Made by a program: the position numbers and the translations under genes
Part shown: in pieces, positions 1-9,483 of the stretch
How positions within the stretch are numbered: the first letter of the stretch is position 1
Layout: the number at the start of each line of letters is the position of its first letter
Assembly: GCA_964424195.1 (NCBI GenBank)
Contig: CAYRHT010000002.1
Span: forward strand, 144,120 to 208,119
Direction of reading: 5' to 3'
DNA: 64,000 nt
Origin: an uncultured Gammaproteobacteria bacterium
GTDB taxonomy: Bacteria > Patescibacteriota > Patescibacteriia > UBA1558 > S5-K13
Notes under the pieces: generated by a model
Databases searched by the model: none
What the model was told of the DNA's origin: nothing
Seen by the model: the letters and a program-made list of their open reading frames with translations, nothing else

Positions 1-561
1 TAAAACGTCGTCAGCCATATCTATTGGTTTGTATTGATAAGTATATTTATACATTTCATGTCTAAAATTAGTCAACTTATAGGGTTTTGATTTTTCATCT
101 GAATTTGAAATATTAGAAAATAATTCGCAATTGGATTCTTCTTTTTTTATGATATCTGAAAATTCTCTATTTAATTCTTTATGTTCTTGCCAATCGTCAA
201 ACCATAATTGACTAGTTGAGTATATGAATTTATTTGGTTTTATTTTTAGTCGTTCTAAAATTTTTAACAATAAAACACCTTCAATTATTACGTTATTATG
301 TTTTATAGCTTTCAATACATCATTTTCTAGATCTTTATATTTTATAAAATCTATATACCCACCTTTTTCTTTCTTTAAATATTTATCAATCGAAATAATT
401 TTGGATTGAATATTTTTAGCTATACTTGGTGTTATCGATGTAGATTTGCCTATACCATCTTCACCGTCTACACAGATAATCTTTTTATTATAATTAGATT
501 GATTAAAATTCTTAAGAGTATAATCCCCGAATTCTTTACTATTTGTTATATTTATAATCAT
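1..561 (-). CDS. P-loop nucleoside/nucleotide kinase-like protein (5' partial; runs off window start)
   Basis: Minus-strand ORF from ATG at 561 with Walker A (DGEDGIGKST); continues past position 1. Plus-strand ORFs 224..409 and 406..600 are antisense to it. Confidence 0.4.
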   Translation of the reverse strand, partial: MIINITNSKEFGDYTLKNFNQSNYNKKIICVDGEDGIGKSTSITPSIAKNIQSKIISIDKYLKKEKGGYIDFIKYKDLENDVLKAIKHNNVIIEGVLLLKILERLKIKPNKFIYSTSQLWFDDWQEHKELNREFSDIIKKEESNCELFSNISNSDEKSKPYKLTNFRHEMYKYTYQYKPIDMADDVL

Positions 562-617
562 GCTGTAATCATAATATTTATTTTTTTAAATTACAAATAA
601 AATCAAACAAAAAATCA

Positions 618-655
618 CCTATAAAGGTGTTTTAATGTGTCTCGTGCTAGCACGA
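618..655 (-). terminator. Twin hairpins (CACCT-ATAA-AGGTG; CTCGTGC-TAG-CACGAG) downstream of tRNA-Ser, followed by U-run on minus strand
   Basis: Perfect palindromes followed by T-rich tract on the minus strand. Confidence 0.4.
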
Positions 656-657
656 GG

Positions 658-747
658 TGGCGGAGAGTGAGGGATTCGAACCCCCGGAACCCGTGAAGGC
701 TCAGTAGTTTTCAAGACTACCCCATTCGACCACTCTGGCAACTCTCC
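658..747 (-). tRNA. tRNA-Ser (anticodon UGA), long variable arm, CCA encoded
   Basis: Cloverleaf by eye: GGAGAGT acceptor, anticodon loop CTTGAAA, T-arm GGTTCGAATCC, 3' GCCA; about 90 nt. Confidence 0.85.
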
Positions 748-755
748 GTATGGGT

Positions 756-830
756 TGGCTGGGCTGGTAGGATTCGAACCTACGCATGACGGGATCAAAA
801 CCCGCTGCCTTACCACTTGGCTACAGCCCA
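756..830 (-). tRNA. tRNA-Gln (anticodon UUG), CCA encoded
   Basis: TGGGCTG acceptor, anticodon loop TTTTGAT, T-arm GGTTCGAATCC, 75 nt. Confidence 0.85.
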
Positions 831-902
831 ATATTTAAAATAACAGTTCCTATATACTAATATATTTTTAGGGTTTTTGCAAGTATTAGAGTGGATTTTA
901 TT

Positions 903-932
903 TAATTAAAAAAGGCACCGTTATTTAGTGCC
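903..932 (-). terminator. Hairpin GGCAC-N9-GTGCC plus U-run after the small basic protein gene
   Basis: Inverted repeat at 914..932 followed by T-run on the minus strand. Confidence 0.4.
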
Positions 933-944
933 TAATATTTGAAA

Positions 945-1184
945 CTAGTAAGCTCTAGCTACTCTTGTGATATCAAAGACCTCTTTTAATAACTTCTCTC
1001 TTTTAATGCGAGGATTTATTCTTTTTAATCTTTTCATTTTGAATCGACGGGCTTTGACTATTTTTTCTACATTAAATGTTCTTCTTACAGAACGTATTGC
1101 TTGTTCTTTGTTCCTTTTCTTTGGATAGAAGATCTCTAATTTTTTAGAACCCATAATTTTAGCAATAATTTCATAAGTGTGCAT
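945..1184 (-). CDS. Small highly basic protein, possibly a ribosomal protein (bS20/bS21-like); identity uncertain
   Basis: 79 aa, Lys/Arg-rich; strong RBS AGGAGG 4 nt upstream of ATG. Confidence 0.35.
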   Translation of the reverse strand: MHTYEIIAKIMGSKKLEIFYPKKRNKEQAIRSVRRTFNVEKIVKARRFKMKRLKRINPRIKREKLLKEVFDITRVARAY

Positions 1185-1271
1185 ATTTCCTCCTAATAGA
1201 TTTATTTGTGATTGATTGTTGATATGTTAATGTATTTTCTAATCTTTGGCAAGAGTTGGAATGTTTTAATA

Positions 1272-1299
1272 TTGACAAAAAAGGTAAGAAGTATAAGAT
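1272..1299 (+). promoter_or_regulatory. Sigma70-like promoter TTGACA-N16-TAAGAT upstream of Cys-rich gene pair
   Basis: Consensus -35 with acceptable -10; about 30 nt upstream of RBS. Confidence 0.35.
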
Positions 1300-1329
1300 A
1301 TTGGTATAAAGAATATTGAAGGAGGAATT

Positions 1330-1479
1330 ATGTCAGTAGGTTGTTCAGAATGTGATGGAACAGGAGAATGTTATAGTGACCCAATTAAATGTGATGCTTG
1401 TCGTGGTACTGGTAGAGTACAAGACAGGACATGTCGAATTTGTTGTGATGATCCTTGTACTTGTACTAGGAGTCGTTAA
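1330..1479 (+). CDS. 49-aa Cys-rich mini-protein with DnaJ-type zinc-finger CxxCxGxG repeats
   Basis: RBS GGAGGAATTATG; CSECDGTG and CDACRGTG motifs plus C-terminal Cys cluster; not in the ORF track (too short). Confidence 0.6.
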   Translation: MSVGCSECDGTGECYSDPIKCDACRGTGRVQDRTCRICCDDPCTCTRSR

Positions 1480-1507
1480 TTTTTAATGATAATTGAAAGG
1501 AGGAATC

Positions 1508-1795
1508 ATGCCTGTTATTACAATGAAAGTAACCTGAGATGGATGTGAAGGTACTGGACGTATCACATATCCGAATGGTACTTCGTGTACTAAATGTTGG
1601 GGTTCAGGAGTAGAACAGGGTTTTTGGGGAGATAAAGTATGTTCAGGATGTGACGGAGAAGGTAAGGTTAGAGATAAGCCCAAGAAATGTTCTATTTGTG
1701 GTGGTAAGGGAAAACTATGGGGAAGCTGTTGTCCTAAATGTGGTGAAAATCCTTGTAGTTGTAAGGGTTATAAAAAAGATTATTCACCATGGTAG
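1508..1795 (+). CDS. 95-codon Cys-rich mini-protein with four DnaJ-type CxxCxGxG repeats, containing an in-frame TGA at 1535..1537 (candidate Sec/readthrough, or pseudogene)
   Basis: RBS AGGAGGAATCATG; frame stays open through TGA to TAG at 1793; no alternative start downstream of TGA; TGA sits at the first Cys position of the first CxxCxGxG repeat. Confidence 0.5.
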
Positions 1796-1802
1796 TAAAA
1801 TT

Positions 1803-1832
1803 AAAAGGAGCTTTTTAAAAAGCTCCTTTTTT
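1803..1832. terminator. Strong bidirectional rho-independent terminator (13-bp perfect stem AAAAGGAGCTTTTT/AAAAAGCTCCTTTT, T-runs both sides)
   Basis: Perfect inverted repeat between the Cys-rich gene (plus) and pyrG (minus). Confidence 0.65.
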
Positions 1833-1849
1833 ATTTATGTAAGTTCTGT

Positions 1850-3478
1850 TTACTTCTTATACTTATTAGCCGCTTTTATAAAATCATTGAATAATGGATG
1901 AGCTCGGAGAGGTCTGGATTTGAATTCAGGATGGAATTGAGAACCAAGCATGAAAGGATGATCCTTTATTTCTACTATCTCCATTAAATTATGATCTGGA
2001 GAATCTCCAGAGATTACTAAACCAGCTTTTTCTAATACTTCTCGATAATCATTATTAAATTCATATCTATGTCTATGTCTCTCAGATATTTTAGTAGTTT
2101 GATAGGCTTGATAGGCTTTAGTTCCTTTTTTAACTATACATGGATATGCTCCTAATCTTAATGTTCCACCTTTAGCTCTAGAATCTGATTGTCCTGGTAA
2201 GTAATGAACGATAAGGTTTTTAGTTTTAGGATTGAATTCTTCTGAGTTAGCATCTTCTAAACCAGCAACATTACGAGCATATTCAATAGCTAGAATTTGA
2301 GAACCTAGACATAATCCTAAATAAGGTACTTTATTCTCTCTCGCATATTTAGCAGCTCTAATCTTTCCTTCAATTCCTCTACTTCCAAAGCCACCAGGAA
2401 CTACTAAACCATCTAATTTCTTTAATTTAGCTAGTTCTTTACGGTCATTCTTCTCTAATTGAGCTGAATCGACCCAAACTAGGTCTAAACTAGTGTTATT
2501 GTTATAACAAGCTGATTTAAGAGCCTCATTAACACTTATATAAGCATCAATATTCTCAGTATATTTACCAATTAAACCAATAGTTACTTTCTTATCTATC
2601 TTCTTAATCTTAGTTAATAATTTATTCCATTCTTTTAAATCTGGTTTTTTACCTTTAAGTTCTAGATGATCATAGATAATCTTAGAAATCCCAGCTTTTT
2701 CAAAGTTTAAAGGAACTTCATAGATAGTTTTAACTGTCGGAGCTGGAATGACTGCTTCTGGTTTAACATTACAGAACATAGATATCTTGTGAATTCCTTC
2801 TTTGCCAATTTTAGTTTCAGTTCGAGCAATAATTGCATCAGGAGTAATTCCTCTTCTAAGTAGTTCTTTAGCTGAAAGTTGAGTTGGTTTAGTTTTGGTT
2901 TCATTAGAAGCAGCAATGTAAGGGAGTAGGGTTACATGAGCGAACATGCAGTTATGATAACCTTGCTCTATTCTAATTTGTCGAGCAGCTTCTAAAAGAG
3001 GTTCTCCTTCAATATCTCCAACCGTTCCTCCAATTTCAATTATTAGAATATCAGTCTGACTCTCCTCTGCTGCTTGATAAATACGTCTCTTAATTTCATC
3101 AGTAATATGGGGAATAATTTGAATAGTTCTTCCTAAAAACTTACCTTTTCTTTCTTCACTTAAAACCGCTTGATATACTTGTCCAGTTGTTAAGTTAGAA
3201 AGTTTAGAAAGATTAACATCAATAAATCTTTCATAATGACCTAAATCTAAATCTGTTTCAGTTCCATCATCAGTTACATAGACTTCTCCATGTTGGTAAG
3301 GGCTCATAGTTCCAGGGTCGATATTTAGATAAGGATCTAATTTTAGAGTAAAAACTTTGTAGTTAGCAGATTTCAAAATAGCTCCAATAGAAGCACTAGA
3401 AATACCTTTACCTAAACCAGAACAAACACCACCAGTTACAAATATGTATTTAATATCTTTTCTATTTTTTTTAGCCAT
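1850..3478 (-). CDS. pyrG: CTP synthase
   Basis: N-terminal GGVCSGLGKG synthetase motif and C-terminal class I glutamine amidotransferase motifs; 542 aa. Confidence 0.95.
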   Translation of the reverse strand: MAKKNRKDIKYIFVTGGVCSGLGKGISSASIGAILKSANYKVFTLKLDPYLNIDPGTMSPYQHGEVYVTDDGTETDLDLGHYERFIDVNLSKLSNLTTGQVYQAVLSEERKGKFLGRTIQIIPHITDEIKRRIYQAAEESQTDILIIEIGGTVGDIEGEPLLEAARQIRIEQGYHNCMFAHVTLLPYIAASNETKTKPTQLSAKELLRRGITPDAIIARTETKIGKEGIHKISMFCNVKPEAVIPAPTVKTIYEVPLNFEKAGISKIIYDHLELKGKKPDLKEWNKLLTKIKKIDKKVTIGLIGKYTENIDAYISVNEALKSACYNNNTSLDLVWVDSAQLEKNDRKELAKLKKLDGLVVPGGFGSRGIEGKIRAAKYARENKVPYLGLCLGSQILAIEYARNVAGLEDANSEEFNPKTKNLIVHYLPGQSDSRAKGGTLRLGAYPCIVKKGTKAYQAYQTTKISERHRHRYEFNNDYREVLEKAGLVISGDSPDHNLMEIVEIKDHPFMLGSQFHPEFKSRPLRAHPLFNDFIKAANKYKK

Positions 3479-3921
3479 TACTTTTCAGATTTAATTATTA
3501 CTTTTAATTCTGCTTTTTGATTATCTATCTTCACACTCACCTTATGATTTCCTAATTCTTTTAGATGATGAGCTAGATCAATAGCATCTTTGTTGATATT
3601 TAAATTATGTTTTTCTTTTAATATCTTGTGGATGTCTTCATTGCTAACTCCACCAAAGAGATGTCCTTCTTCATTGGCTTTAGCTGAAATTTCAATTTTC
3701 AAATTTTTGATAGTACTAAGTAGTTTTTTAGTCTCCTGGTTAACATTTTCTACCTTTTCTTTAACTGGATTAGGATTAGCTTCTAACTTAGCAATCTTTT
3801 CAGGAGTAGCTGTAATCGCTAATTTTTGAGGTAAGAGATAGTTAAGAGCATAACCATCAGCAACCTCTTTAATTTGATTTCTTTTTGCCCCAGGGACATC
3901 TTTCAAGAATAGTACTTTCAT
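3478..3921 (-). CDS. rplI: 50S ribosomal protein L9
   Basis: [11 protein letters not shown]...[11 protein letters not shown] matches the L9 N-terminal domain; 147 aa. Confidence 0.9.
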   Translation of the reverse strand: MKVLFLKDVPGAKRNQIKEVADGYALNYLLPQKLAITATPEKIAKLEANPNPVKEKVENVNQETKKLLSTIKNLKIEISAKANEEGHLFGGVSNEDIHKILKEKHNLNINKDAIDLAHHLKELGNHKVSVKIDNQKAELKVIIKSEK

Positions 3922-3928
3922 ATTTTTA

Positions 3929-5188
3929 TTATTTTAATATTTCAATAGCTTTGTCTAATTGAGGATCTAAATCTTCATCATAATCCTCTTCTGTTAATTC
4001 AACTTCTAAATCAGGTATAATACCTTCTTCACTAATAGATCTATCATTAGGAGTAAACCATTTAGCAATAGTTAACTTAATTGATGAACCATCACTAAGT
4101 TCAGTTAAATCTTGAACTGAACCTTTACCAAAGGTAGTTTCTCCGAGAATAGTAGCTAGTCCATAGTCTTGTAATGCTCCAGCAACAATTTCAGAACCAG
4201 AAGCAGAACCACCATTAACTAGAACTACTGTATTCTTGTCTTTTAATCGAGCCTGACTAGAAGCTGAGAAAGCTTGATTCCGATTACTGTCTCGAGACTT
4301 TTCTTTAACAATTACTCCTTCTTCAATCCAATGATTAGCCATAGAGATGGCAGTAGTTAGGAAACCACCAGGATTATTTCTTAAATCTAGGATAACAGAA
4401 TTAATATTCTTGTTAGTTAAATCATTTACAGCTTCATCAAAAAGTTTTTCAGTATCTTCATTGAAGTGACTAACTTGAATATATCCAATACTATCTTCTA
4501 GTATTTCATACTTTACACTAGCGTATTGAATCTTGTCTCTAATTACAATTAAATCTTCTTCACTATTATCTTTATGAATAACTCTTAGAAGGACTTCAGT
4601 TCCTTTATCACCTCTAATTAGAGTGACAGCTTTAGTTAAAGAAATACCACTAGTATCTAAATCATCAATAGCTATTATCTTGTCCCCAGCTCTTAAACCA
4701 GCTTTTTCTGCTGGACTATCTGGTAAAGGAGATACAACTGTTAATCTTTCTTTCTTGATAGCTATTTCTGCTCCAATACCTTCAAATTTACCTTGTAATT
4801 CTTGATTAAACTCTTCCGCTACTTCAGGAACTAAGAATACTGAATATGGATCTCCCAGAGAAGCTACTAAGCCCATCTGAGCTCCATAGAACATTTCTAC
4901 TTCATTAATATCTTGATCTATATATTTATCTTTAATTAAATCCCAAGTTTGCCAGAATAATTTAAAATTTACATCTTCGGATAGATATTCTGGTTGTTTA
5001 GCTCCTTGGTTCTTTACTTTACCAGAATCAGAATCACCAATACTTATTTCATCACTCCCAGAAATACCAACAATTAAACCAACAAAAAAACTAATAATTA
5101 TCAAGATAGCAATGATAATTATTCTAAGAGTTTTCTTTTTTTCAGGGCTTTCTAGTTTACTAGAAAAATATGGCTTTGTATTTTCCAT
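3929..5188 (-). CDS. ctpA: Carboxyl-terminal processing protease (S41 family) with N-terminal TM anchor and PDZ domain
   Basis: PDZ region, [16 protein letters not shown] serine-protease core, N-terminal TM helix. Confidence 0.85.
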   Translation of the reverse strand: MENTKPYFSSKLESPEKKKTLRIIIIAILIIISFFVGLIVGISGSDEISIGDSDSGKVKNQGAKQPEYLSEDVNFKLFWQTWDLIKDKYIDQDINEVEMFYGAQMGLVASLGDPYSVFLVPEVAEEFNQELQGKFEGIGAEIAIKKERLTVVSPLPDSPAEKAGLRAGDKIIAIDDLDTSGISLTKAVTLIRGDKGTEVLLRVIHKDNSEEDLIVIRDKIQYASVKYEILEDSIGYIQVSHFNEDTEKLFDEAVNDLTNKNINSVILDLRNNPGGFLTTAISMANHWIEEGVIVKEKSRDSNRNQAFSASSQARLKDKNTVVLVNGGSASGSEIVAGALQDYGLATILGETTFGKGSVQDLTELSDGSSIKLTIAKWFTPNDRSISEEGIIPDLEVELTEEDYDEDLDPQLDKAIEILK

Positions 5189-5209
5189 GTATTTAGTATA
5201 TCAAATTTT

Positions 5210-6463
5210 TTAAACTCGCTCAATTTGAGCACCTAAAGCATTTAACCTTTGATCAATATCTTCGTATCCTCTATCTATCTGTTCAATATTATCAATTTCA
5301 GTTTCACCTTCAGCTATCAGACCAGCAATTAACATTGCTAGACCAGCTCTAATATCAGGACTAATAACTTTCTTAGCTATTAAATCTGTAGGTCCATTAA
5401 TTACTACTCGATGTGGATCACATAATACTAGATTAGCATTCATTCTAGAAAGAAGGTCAGTAAAGAATAATCTAGATTCATAGATTGTTTCATGAACTAA
5501 ACTAGTTCCTTGAGCTTGAGTTAAAAGAACTGTATAGCAAGATTGGAGGTCAGTAGGAAATCCAGGATATTCATGAGTATTAATATTTATTGCTTTAAGC
5601 TTATTGGAATTTAAGATTTGAATATAGTCTGAACCAACTTCTAATTTTACTCCAATTTCTTCTAAGAGCTTCAAAGGTATTTCTAAATGCTGAGGATTAC
5701 AATCAATTACTTTGATATTACTTTTAGTAGCTACACCAATGCATAGTAAACTTCCAGCTTCAATTCTGTCTGGAATAATAGTGAATTCAGTGCCGTGTAA
5801 ATTCTCTACTCCTTCAATAATAATATTAGGAGTTCCAGCTCCTTTAATTTGAGCTCCCATAGAGTTTAAAAAGTCAGCTAAAGCTTCTACTTCTGGTTCA
5901 CAAGCAGCATTTACAATTTCAGTTTTCCCTTTAGCTAAAACTGCAGCAATTATTAAACTCTCAGTTCCAGTATGACTAATTTTGTTAAAAACATATTTAA
6001 TTCCTTCTAGTCCTTTGTTAGTAAAAATATAGTTAGTATCATCCATCTTAAACTCTGCACCAATCTTTTCAAAGAAATCAATAAAAAGATCAATTGGTCT
6101 TTTACCAATTACACAACCTCCAGGATGAGGAATACTTACTTGTTGAGAACGATGTAATAATGGAGCTACAAACATAATACTAGCTCTAATCTTTCGAGCA
6201 ATATTAGCATCTAAATCCTCTGCTTTAATATCTACTGCTTCAATAGTTACTGAGTTATGACCAATCTTTTCAACCTTAGCTCCGAGACTCTTTAACAAGT
6301 CTAAAGACATTTGCACATCAATGATATTTGGTAGATTATGGAGAGTTATTTTTTCATTAGTTAAAAGAGCTGCAGGGATAAGTTTCAGAGCATTATTCTT
6401 AGCTCCCTTAACTGCAATTTCCCCTTTTAATTTCTTTTGTCCATGGATTATAAATTTTGACAT
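5210..6463 (-). CDS. murA: UDP-N-acetylglucosamine 1-carboxyvinyltransferase
   Basis: Full-length EPT-fold similarity (MSKFIIHGQKKLKGEIAVKGAKNNALKL...); 417 aa. Confidence 0.95.
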   Translation of the reverse strand: MSKFIIHGQKKLKGEIAVKGAKNNALKLIPAALLTNEKITLHNLPNIIDVQMSLDLLKSLGAKVEKIGHNSVTIEAVDIKAEDLDANIARKIRASIMFVAPLLHRSQQVSIPHPGGCVIGKRPIDLFIDFFEKIGAEFKMDDTNYIFTNKGLEGIKYVFNKISHTGTESLIIAAVLAKGKTEIVNAACEPEVEALADFLNSMGAQIKGAGTPNIIIEGVENLHGTEFTIIPDRIEAGSLLCIGVATKSNIKVIDCNPQHLEIPLKLLEEIGVKLEVGSDYIQILNSNKLKAININTHEYPGFPTDLQSCYTVLLTQAQGTSLVHETIYESRLFFTDLLSRMNANLVLCDPHRVVINGPTDLIAKKVISPDIRAGLAMLIAGLIAEGETEIDNIEQIDRGYEDIDQRLNALGAQIERV

Positions 6464-6579
6464 ATATTTAATAATTTTAATTTTTTAGGTATCTAATACT
6501 TGTAAATTACTTGTAATTATAATACAATTCTACACGAAAAGGTAATAAGTTTCAAGGATACTAAATTATATTTAAAGAT

Positions 6580-7899
6580 ATGAAAATTTGGATTAGAAAT
6601 ACATATTTTATTCTAGCGGTGCTAATTTTTTGTTCAGCATCAGTTTTTTTTATTTTCTTAGCTTCTGGGTATAATTATGACTTTTCCAAGAATAAATTAG
6701 AAAAAACTAGTGTTTTGTATTTAAAGTCTTACCCGCGAGATGCTCAGATATTCTTAAATGATAAAGAATACAAAAAATTAACACCAACAGAGATTACTCA
6801 TTTGAAATCAGATTTGTATAATATTAGGATTGAGAAAGAAAATTACCAAATTTGGGAGAAGCAATTATTAATTAAACCAGAACAAACTGTTTTTATTGAA
6901 GATATATCTTTGTTTTACAAAGTTCCGGAAGTCTCTATTTTAGAAAATGGTAAATTTCAAGAAATATCAGTATCACCAGATAAGCAGAATATATTATTTT
7001 ATGATTTAGAAAAAAAGGAAGTGAATATTTTTAATCTTAATGAAGAAAGAATTATTAATATTGAAGAAGATATTGAGGAAGTAAATTCTAGTTTATGGTC
7101 TTCTGATAATCAGAAGGTGTTATTAGAAATTGGTGGAAAGCATTTTGTATCTTTTGTTTATTTCAATGAAGATCTTTTAGATTTAGATAAATACCTTAAT
7201 TTTACTCCGCAAGAGATTGTTTGGGATAAGTTTGATTCTAATTTAATTTATTTACTAACTAATAACGGAGATATTTACAATTTTAATTTAGACAGAAAGA
7301 TTCTTAAGAAGATTAAATTAGAAAATGTTTTAGGTATTAAACCTGAGAAAGACAAGTTATTCTATCTTACTAATGAAGGAACTAATGATAGTTTTAATGT
7401 TTATGATTTAGAGAAAGAAGTTAGTGAGAAGTTATTAGACTTAGGAAGTAGTTCTAGTTATAGTTTCCAACTTCCCTATCATGATTATTTTTGTTTAAAA
7501 GATATAGATAATACTTTGTATTTAATTGATCCTAATACCGAGGAATATTTGATAAAGAAGTTTTACAATGTAAAGAATTTAGAATGGGATTTGTATAATC
7601 GGATTTTGTTGTTAAATAATGACTTTGAAATTTGGTCCTATGATTTACCTACTGAAGAAGAAACTTTAATTAATAGATTTAGTAACAAGATTGAAAATGT
7701 CTTCTGGCATCGAAATAATAATCATGTTTTCTATGTGATTGATAACAAAGTACAAGTAATTGAATTGGATAACAGAGATCGAAAAAATATTTATCCTTTA
7801 GATAATATCTATAATTCTCAGTTATTTTTAGCAAACAAAAAAGGTAATATTTTGTATTATATTACCCCTTCAGGTTTATTTGAAAGTATTATTCAATAA
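6580..7899 (+). CDS. Membrane-anchored PEGA-domain / beta-propeller-like hypothetical protein
   Basis: N-terminal TM, PEGA-like segment (LKSYPRDAQIFLNDKEYKKLTPTEI), repeated beta-rich C-terminal region. Confidence 0.5.
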   Translation: MKIWIRNTYFILAVLIFCSASVFFIFLASGYNYDFSKNKLEKTSVLYLKSYPRDAQIFLNDKEYKKLTPTEITHLKSDLYNIRIEKENYQIWEKQLLIKPEQTVFIEDISLFYKVPEVSILENGKFQEISVSPDKQNILFYDLEKKEVNIFNLNEERIINIEEDIEEVNSSLWSSDNQKVLLEIGGKHFVSFVYFNEDLLDLDKYLNFTPQEIVWDKFDSNLIYLLTNNGDIYNFNLDRKILKKIKLENVLGIKPEKDKLFYLTNEGTNDSFNVYDLEKEVSEKLLDLGSSSSYSFQLPYHDYFCLKDIDNTLYLIDPNTEEYLIKKFYNVKNLEWDLYNRILLLNNDFEIWSYDLPTEEETLINRFSNKIENVFWHRNNNHVFYVIDNKVQVIELDNRDRKNIYPLDNIYNSQLFLANKKGNILYYITPSGLFESIIQ

Positions 7900-8901
7900 T
7901 TAATTAGCATAGTACTCATCTAGATCATCATTGGGGAGAACTTCCATATCATCAATAACTGGTGAATTCTCATCTATATTTAACAATGGTCTTTGATAAG
8001 TATCTTGAGATTCTTTAATTGGTTTTAAATCTTCTGGGAAGATTTCTTTTTTTTCTTCTAAGTCCTGATACTCTTCTTTAACTATCTTGGGAGCATCTTC
8101 TTTGATTATTCTTAATGTTTCTTTAATAACTTCATGAGCTGTATCTTTAATAATCTGCATTGAAGATTTAGAAATAATTCTTTGATTGTTTGTTTCAGCT
8201 ACTAAGTTATTAGCTTGTAACCAAGTATCAATTGATTCACCACAATCACCCCACCAACCTTTTAAAGTACTGTAATTCATAGTTCCTTGTTTGATATAGA
8301 AGTTATTAACATCAGTAATTTCTAATTCTCCTCGACCAGAAGGTTTAAGAGTTTTAATAATATCCCAAACTTGATTATCATACATATATACACCAACTAC
8401 TGCTAGATCACTAACAAACTTCTCTGGTTTTTCAATAATATTTTCAATCTTGTCATCTTTTACTGTAGCAACACCATAGGCTTCTGGTTTCTCAACTTTT
8501 TTAAGGAAGATTCGAGCACCCATAGTAACTTGTTTAAATTCATTTACAGCATCTGTAATATCATCTTGAAGGATATTATCACCTAAATATACAACTACTT
8601 TATCACCATCTACAAAGTCTCTAGTTAAGTCTAAAGCTTGAGCAATACCACCAGCTTCTTCTTGAACAGCATATGAGAAACGAGCTCCAAATTTTTGTCC
8701 TGAACCTAGTAATTCCAAGAAATCTCCAGCATGTCCTTTACCAGAAACAATCATAATATCTTTAATACCAGCTTTAACTAATGATTCTATTGGGTAATAG
8801 ATCATTGGTTTGTTGTAAACTGGGAGTAAATGTTTGTTTGTAATTTTAGTTAGTGGATAAAGTCGAGAAGCTGTTCCACCAGCCAGGATAACTCCTTTCA
8901 T
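7900..8901 (-). CDS. rmlA: Glucose-1-phosphate thymidylyltransferase-like sugar nucleotidyltransferase with acidic C-terminal extension
   Basis: MKGVILAGGTASRLYPLTKITNKHLLPVYNKPMIYYP matches RmlA/RfbA; 333 aa versus about 290 typical. Confidence 0.8.
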   Translation of the reverse strand: MKGVILAGGTASRLYPLTKITNKHLLPVYNKPMIYYPIESLVKAGIKDIMIVSGKGHAGDFLELLGSGQKFGARFSYAVQEEAGGIAQALDLTRDFVDGDKVVVYLGDNILQDDITDAVNEFKQVTMGARIFLKKVEKPEAYGVATVKDDKIENIIEKPEKFVSDLAVVGVYMYDNQVWDIIKTLKPSGRGELEITDVNNFYIKQGTMNYSTLKGWWGDCGESIDTWLQANNLVAETNNQRIISKSSMQIIKDTAHEVIKETLRIIKEDAPKIVKEEYQDLEEKKEIFPEDLKPIKESQDTYQRPLLNIDENSPVIDDMEVLPNDDLDEYYAN

Positions 8902-9021
8902 ATATTTATATATTATTTTATAGTTTAATTATCTTAGCACTTTCTTATTTTTTTACAAGAACTAATTTCTTATACTAGCATAGATTATGTGTTTTGTCAA
9001 TGAAAGGAATGAATTTCTAGT

Positions 9022-9050
9022 TTGACAGGATTGATAGAATGTGATATGTT
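9022..9050 (+). promoter_or_regulatory. Candidate promoter TTGACA-N17-TATGTT for the plus-strand three-gene cassette
   Basis: Consensus -35, 17-nt spacer, 4/6 -10; about 50 nt upstream of the RBS of 9104. Confidence 0.3.
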
Positions 9051-9103
9051 TATACATTAAGTTAAAGTAGAAAAAATAAGATAAAGAGAAAACAGGAGGA
9101 AAA

Positions 9104-9466
9104 ATGAAAAAATGTTTAATAGTATTAATGCTAGTTGTTATAGTATTAAGTACGGGTTGTACAAGAGTGGACTATAAAATAAATCGGACTGCTACTGGAA
9201 TCTTAGTACACGCATCTAATCCTTTTAAAAATAGTCAGGATTTAGAGGTTATTACTTTAAGATGGGAACGGGAACTTAGGTTTAACAGCAATGCTGATTT
9301 TGAAAAAGGTCTTGTTAACCGATTGTGTGAAGTTTATCCGGTCGATTTGATTCCGTCTGATGTATTAGGAGTTTATTCTAATAAAAAAGTTAAGTTTTCT
9401 TACGTTATAGTAAGTGAATCAAGTCCTCCAATACTTCGGATTACAAAATTCGAAGTATTTAAATAA
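9104..9466 (+). CDS. Putative lipoprotein (signal peptide plus lipobox LSTGC)
   Basis: MKKCLIVLMLVVIVLSTGC; RBS AGGAGGAAAAATG. Confidence 0.5.
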   Translation: MKKCLIVLMLVVIVLSTGCTRVDYKINRTATGILVHASNPFKNSQDLEVITLRWERELRFNSNADFEKGLVNRLCEVYPVDLIPSDVLGVYSNKKVKFSYVIVSESSPPILRITKFEVFK

Positions 9467-9483
9467 AGATTTTATAATGACAA

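Noticed and set aside
224-600. Plus-strand ORFs 224..409 and 406..600
   Set aside because: Antisense to a longer minus-strand P-loop kinase ORF with a Walker A motif; hydrophobic low-complexity translations typical of AT-rich antisense frames.
619-831. 70-aa ORF 619..831 (-) and 72-aa ORF 57305..57523 (-)
   Set aside because: They lie entirely over tRNA genes (Ser/Gln and Glu/tRNA-like respectively), start at TTG, and read through structured RNA genes.
1508-1795. Alternative genetic code (UGA as Gly or Trp, codes 25/4) as explanation for the in-frame TGA
   Set aside because: All other long ORFs (up to 1075 codons) are free of in-frame TGA, which would be extremely unlikely if TGA were a sense codon. 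TGA is also found as the terminal codon in ATGA overlaps (14641, 15509). Genome-wide recoding is therefore not supported, and a site-specific event or mutation is more likely.
1483-1901. ORF-track entries 1483..1683 (-) and 1650..1901 (+) over the Cys-rich gene region
   Set aside because: Out-of-frame or antisense to the RBS-supported Cys-rich gene (1508..1795). They start at TTG/GTG without an RBS, have low-complexity translations, and one runs through the terminator hairpin.
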